From assembly GCA_038087875.1 (NCBI GenBank), contig JAXLNO010005869.1:310001-374000 (forward strand): DNA of 64,000 bases. Direction: 5' to 3'. The notes beneath the pieces are model-generated. The model saw nothing but the letters and a program-made list of their open reading frames with translations. It was not told the DNA's origin and searched no databases. Below are positions 61,683-64,000 of the stretch, piece after piece (the stretch's first letter is position 1; every line of letters begins with the position of its first letter). The position numbers and the translations under genes were made by a program. The DNA comes from Malacoraja senta (lineage: Eukaryota).

Positions 61683-62522
61683 ACACCAAATCCATACTCC
61701 TGTCACCTCAGGTGAACGGCAGCGCCTCGCGGCAGCGGCCCCTGCAGTCCGTCTGTCCTTTTTTTGGTTTTGTCCCGTTCAATGTGTAGTTTGCTGTGGT
61801 TTTTATATTGTTTTTGACTGTGTGTGTGTGGGGGGCAGGGGAGGGAATTTTGAATCTCTTCCCTGCACGGGAGACCCGACCTTTTTCCTGTCGAGTCTCC
61901 GTTGTCGTTGGGGCCTAGCACCGTGGAGCGGCCTCCGGCCGGAACGACCTAGGGGCTCCAGTCGCAGAGCCTGCGGACTTACCATCGTGGGGCTGGCCGG
62001 CCTCAGAGCGTGGGGAGCACGAGGCTACGACCAGACTTCGGGGCTTCGGAGGCTCCAGCTGCAAGCCTGTGGACGGTGACATCGGGAGCTCGCGGGTCCC
62101 TGGTGGGAGACCGCTTTTTAGAGCTCCCGCGGCGGCAGCTTCTCCCGCCGGAGTTGCAGGGCTGAAAACGACCCGGAGCGGGGCCTGACATCGCCCGGCG
62201 CGGCTTTAACGGCCGCGGGACTTGCCATCGCCTGCCGCGGGCTCCAACATTAAGACCCAGGGCAGGGCCTTACATCGCCGGCGCGGCCTTAACGGCCGCG
62301 GGACTTACCATCGCCCGCCAGGGGCTTTAACATCGGGAAAGGATGGAGTAGGGGAGAGACAAGACTTTGCCTTCCATCACAGTGAGGAGGAGATTCACTG
62401 TGATGGATGTCTGCATGAATTGAGTTGGTTGTGTGTCGTGTTAAATTGTTTCTTTTTGTTGTATGGCTGCAGAAACCAAAGTTCCTAACGGGTAAATAAA
62501 GTTGATTGAATTGAATTGAATC
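61683..62522 (+). mobile_element. GC-rich non-autonomous retroposon with internal repeats and (TTGAA)n tail
   Basis: Repeated acatcgcc(c)ggcgcggc…ttaacggccgcgggactt units; 3' hairpin; aataaa followed by (ttgaa)n. Confidence 0.6.
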
Positions 62523-64000
62523 AAGTTTCTTTTCTGCTTTGAATTTGTGGGAGGAATTGCTGACTATGATTCTTGGTGAGGGAGGGGGGTTAGTGGGGGA
62601 AAATAACTGGCTGACTGACAAGAAAGTATGTCATTCTTGAAACATATTCAGTAAGAAGCAGTTTGGCTGTTGAACATATTAATCAGGAGGTTGATGGGGA
62701 GGATAGGTGGACCCAATCAGGAGAACTGTGGTGACCTTTTTGAAAGCTTTGCATGGCTGAAAACAAGAAAGGTTAACAGGGTGGTTAGTTAAAATGCTCA
62801 GTGACTTGTAAGCCTGATTTTTAAGCATAGGATGGGCTGATAAGATTGCATTCAAATTCAGTTGGTAGCTAGAATCATGACTTTTGGAAAGGGGCTTGGT
62901 CGGCAAAAAGCTGTGGATGGTGAATGGATATTTTAGCCTGAGAAGCTTTTATGATCACAATGTCACTCTTGCTATCCATGCTTAAATTGTGAATGTTGCA
63001 AATATAATTCATCTGGACATGTTGCTGGCAGTAGCAAATGCAATTTTCATTATAGAAAGAAGAAAGATTGTATTTAGCAGCACGAATGACAAGGCTCTTT
63101 GTGGCCTATTAGACGGAAGAGCAATCCAAGGAGTTACATAACAGATCTACAGTTAGCAGGAAAACATGCTCTTCTAGCTATTCAACCCGTCAGTAATACT
63201 AAACCTGCTCTACATTAACAAGGGCACATTCTACTCTGCTTATGAAATTCAGTTCCATTTAAGTTAATGAAACCAAATTAAGGAAGCAAAGTAGAATGTG
63301 CAGCCACCATCACATTTAGTGCTGCCAAGAGAGAAGTATTTTTTCACTGCAATCTCGTAAACACACTCATAGAAATGGAACTTCACCAGTTGACAGAAAC
63401 TAATGATCTGCAGAAGGATTTGATCATCAATCACTTTAAGCCTTCGTCCAGTTCAATAACCTAAAGGAGAAAATTCAATCGTAGAAAACACTGCAATGAA
63501 ACTACTGAGGAAAAAAAAAATCAAATTGCAAACATAAATACACATTCGCAAAAAAATTCCACAGGTTGTGAGTCCCGAGACAACTAACCACCCTATTAAC
63601 CTTTCTTGTTCTCCTGATTGAGTCTACCTATCCTCCCCGTCAACCTCCATAAAGTCCAAAATATCACTATTATCACAATCACGAAATAAGATAAGAAATA
63701 CATATGATTTTTATGCTACTTCCCTGGTTCCAAAATCAAAGGTCACTGAGAGCAGGAGGAAGGTGAACAATTAGAGGTCATGGGCAATATCGGTATCAAT
63801 GACATAAGCAGAAAGAGGGATAATTACTTACAGGTCGAGTTTAGGGAGCTATGACAGGGAGTAAAAAGAATGATCACAAAGATAGTGATCTACAGATTGC
63901 TACATGTGCTGGTGAGCCCGGAAAATGGGAAGATAGGACAGATGAGTAATGATCTGGGCCCAGTGGATGACAATGTCGGGAGCTCGCAGGTCCCAGGTTC

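Noticed and set aside
63826-64000. Minus-strand GTAAGT donor as the next upstream TBC1D5 exon
   Set aside because: The required phase-0 frame has a stop and does not resemble TBC1D5; the upstream exon lies beyond the window

Overview
Repeat-rich vertebrate genomic DNA, most likely an elasmobranch (skate/ray/shark; inferred from HE1-like SINEs and HER1/CR1 LINE tails). The only host gene I can support is the 3' end of TBC1D5 on the minus strand: four coding exons (55575-55674, 48284-48363, 40930-41106, 26406-26723) with GT-AG junctions in phase, ending ...KDSDFTIVSPLDI*, then a probable 3' UTR. Most of the remainder is transposable elements: a full-length decayed DIRS1-type element (7764-12483) inside a ~1.3 kb solo-LTR-like sequence; an RTE LINE; several Rex1/Babar-type LINEs; many CR1/HER1 fragments; HE1-like SINEs; Penelope-like fragments carrying hammerhead-like cores; three non-autonomous Helitrons; two Harbinger derivatives, one holding a multi-layer nest; and a very young non-autonomous Gypsy element. 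The most unusual item is a TIR-bounded, transposase-less DNA element with a 6-bp TSD, present twice, that carries an apparent captured first exon of a TDP2-like gene (UBA-like domain plus splice donor). Family assignments come from motif recognition by eye; no database search was run.
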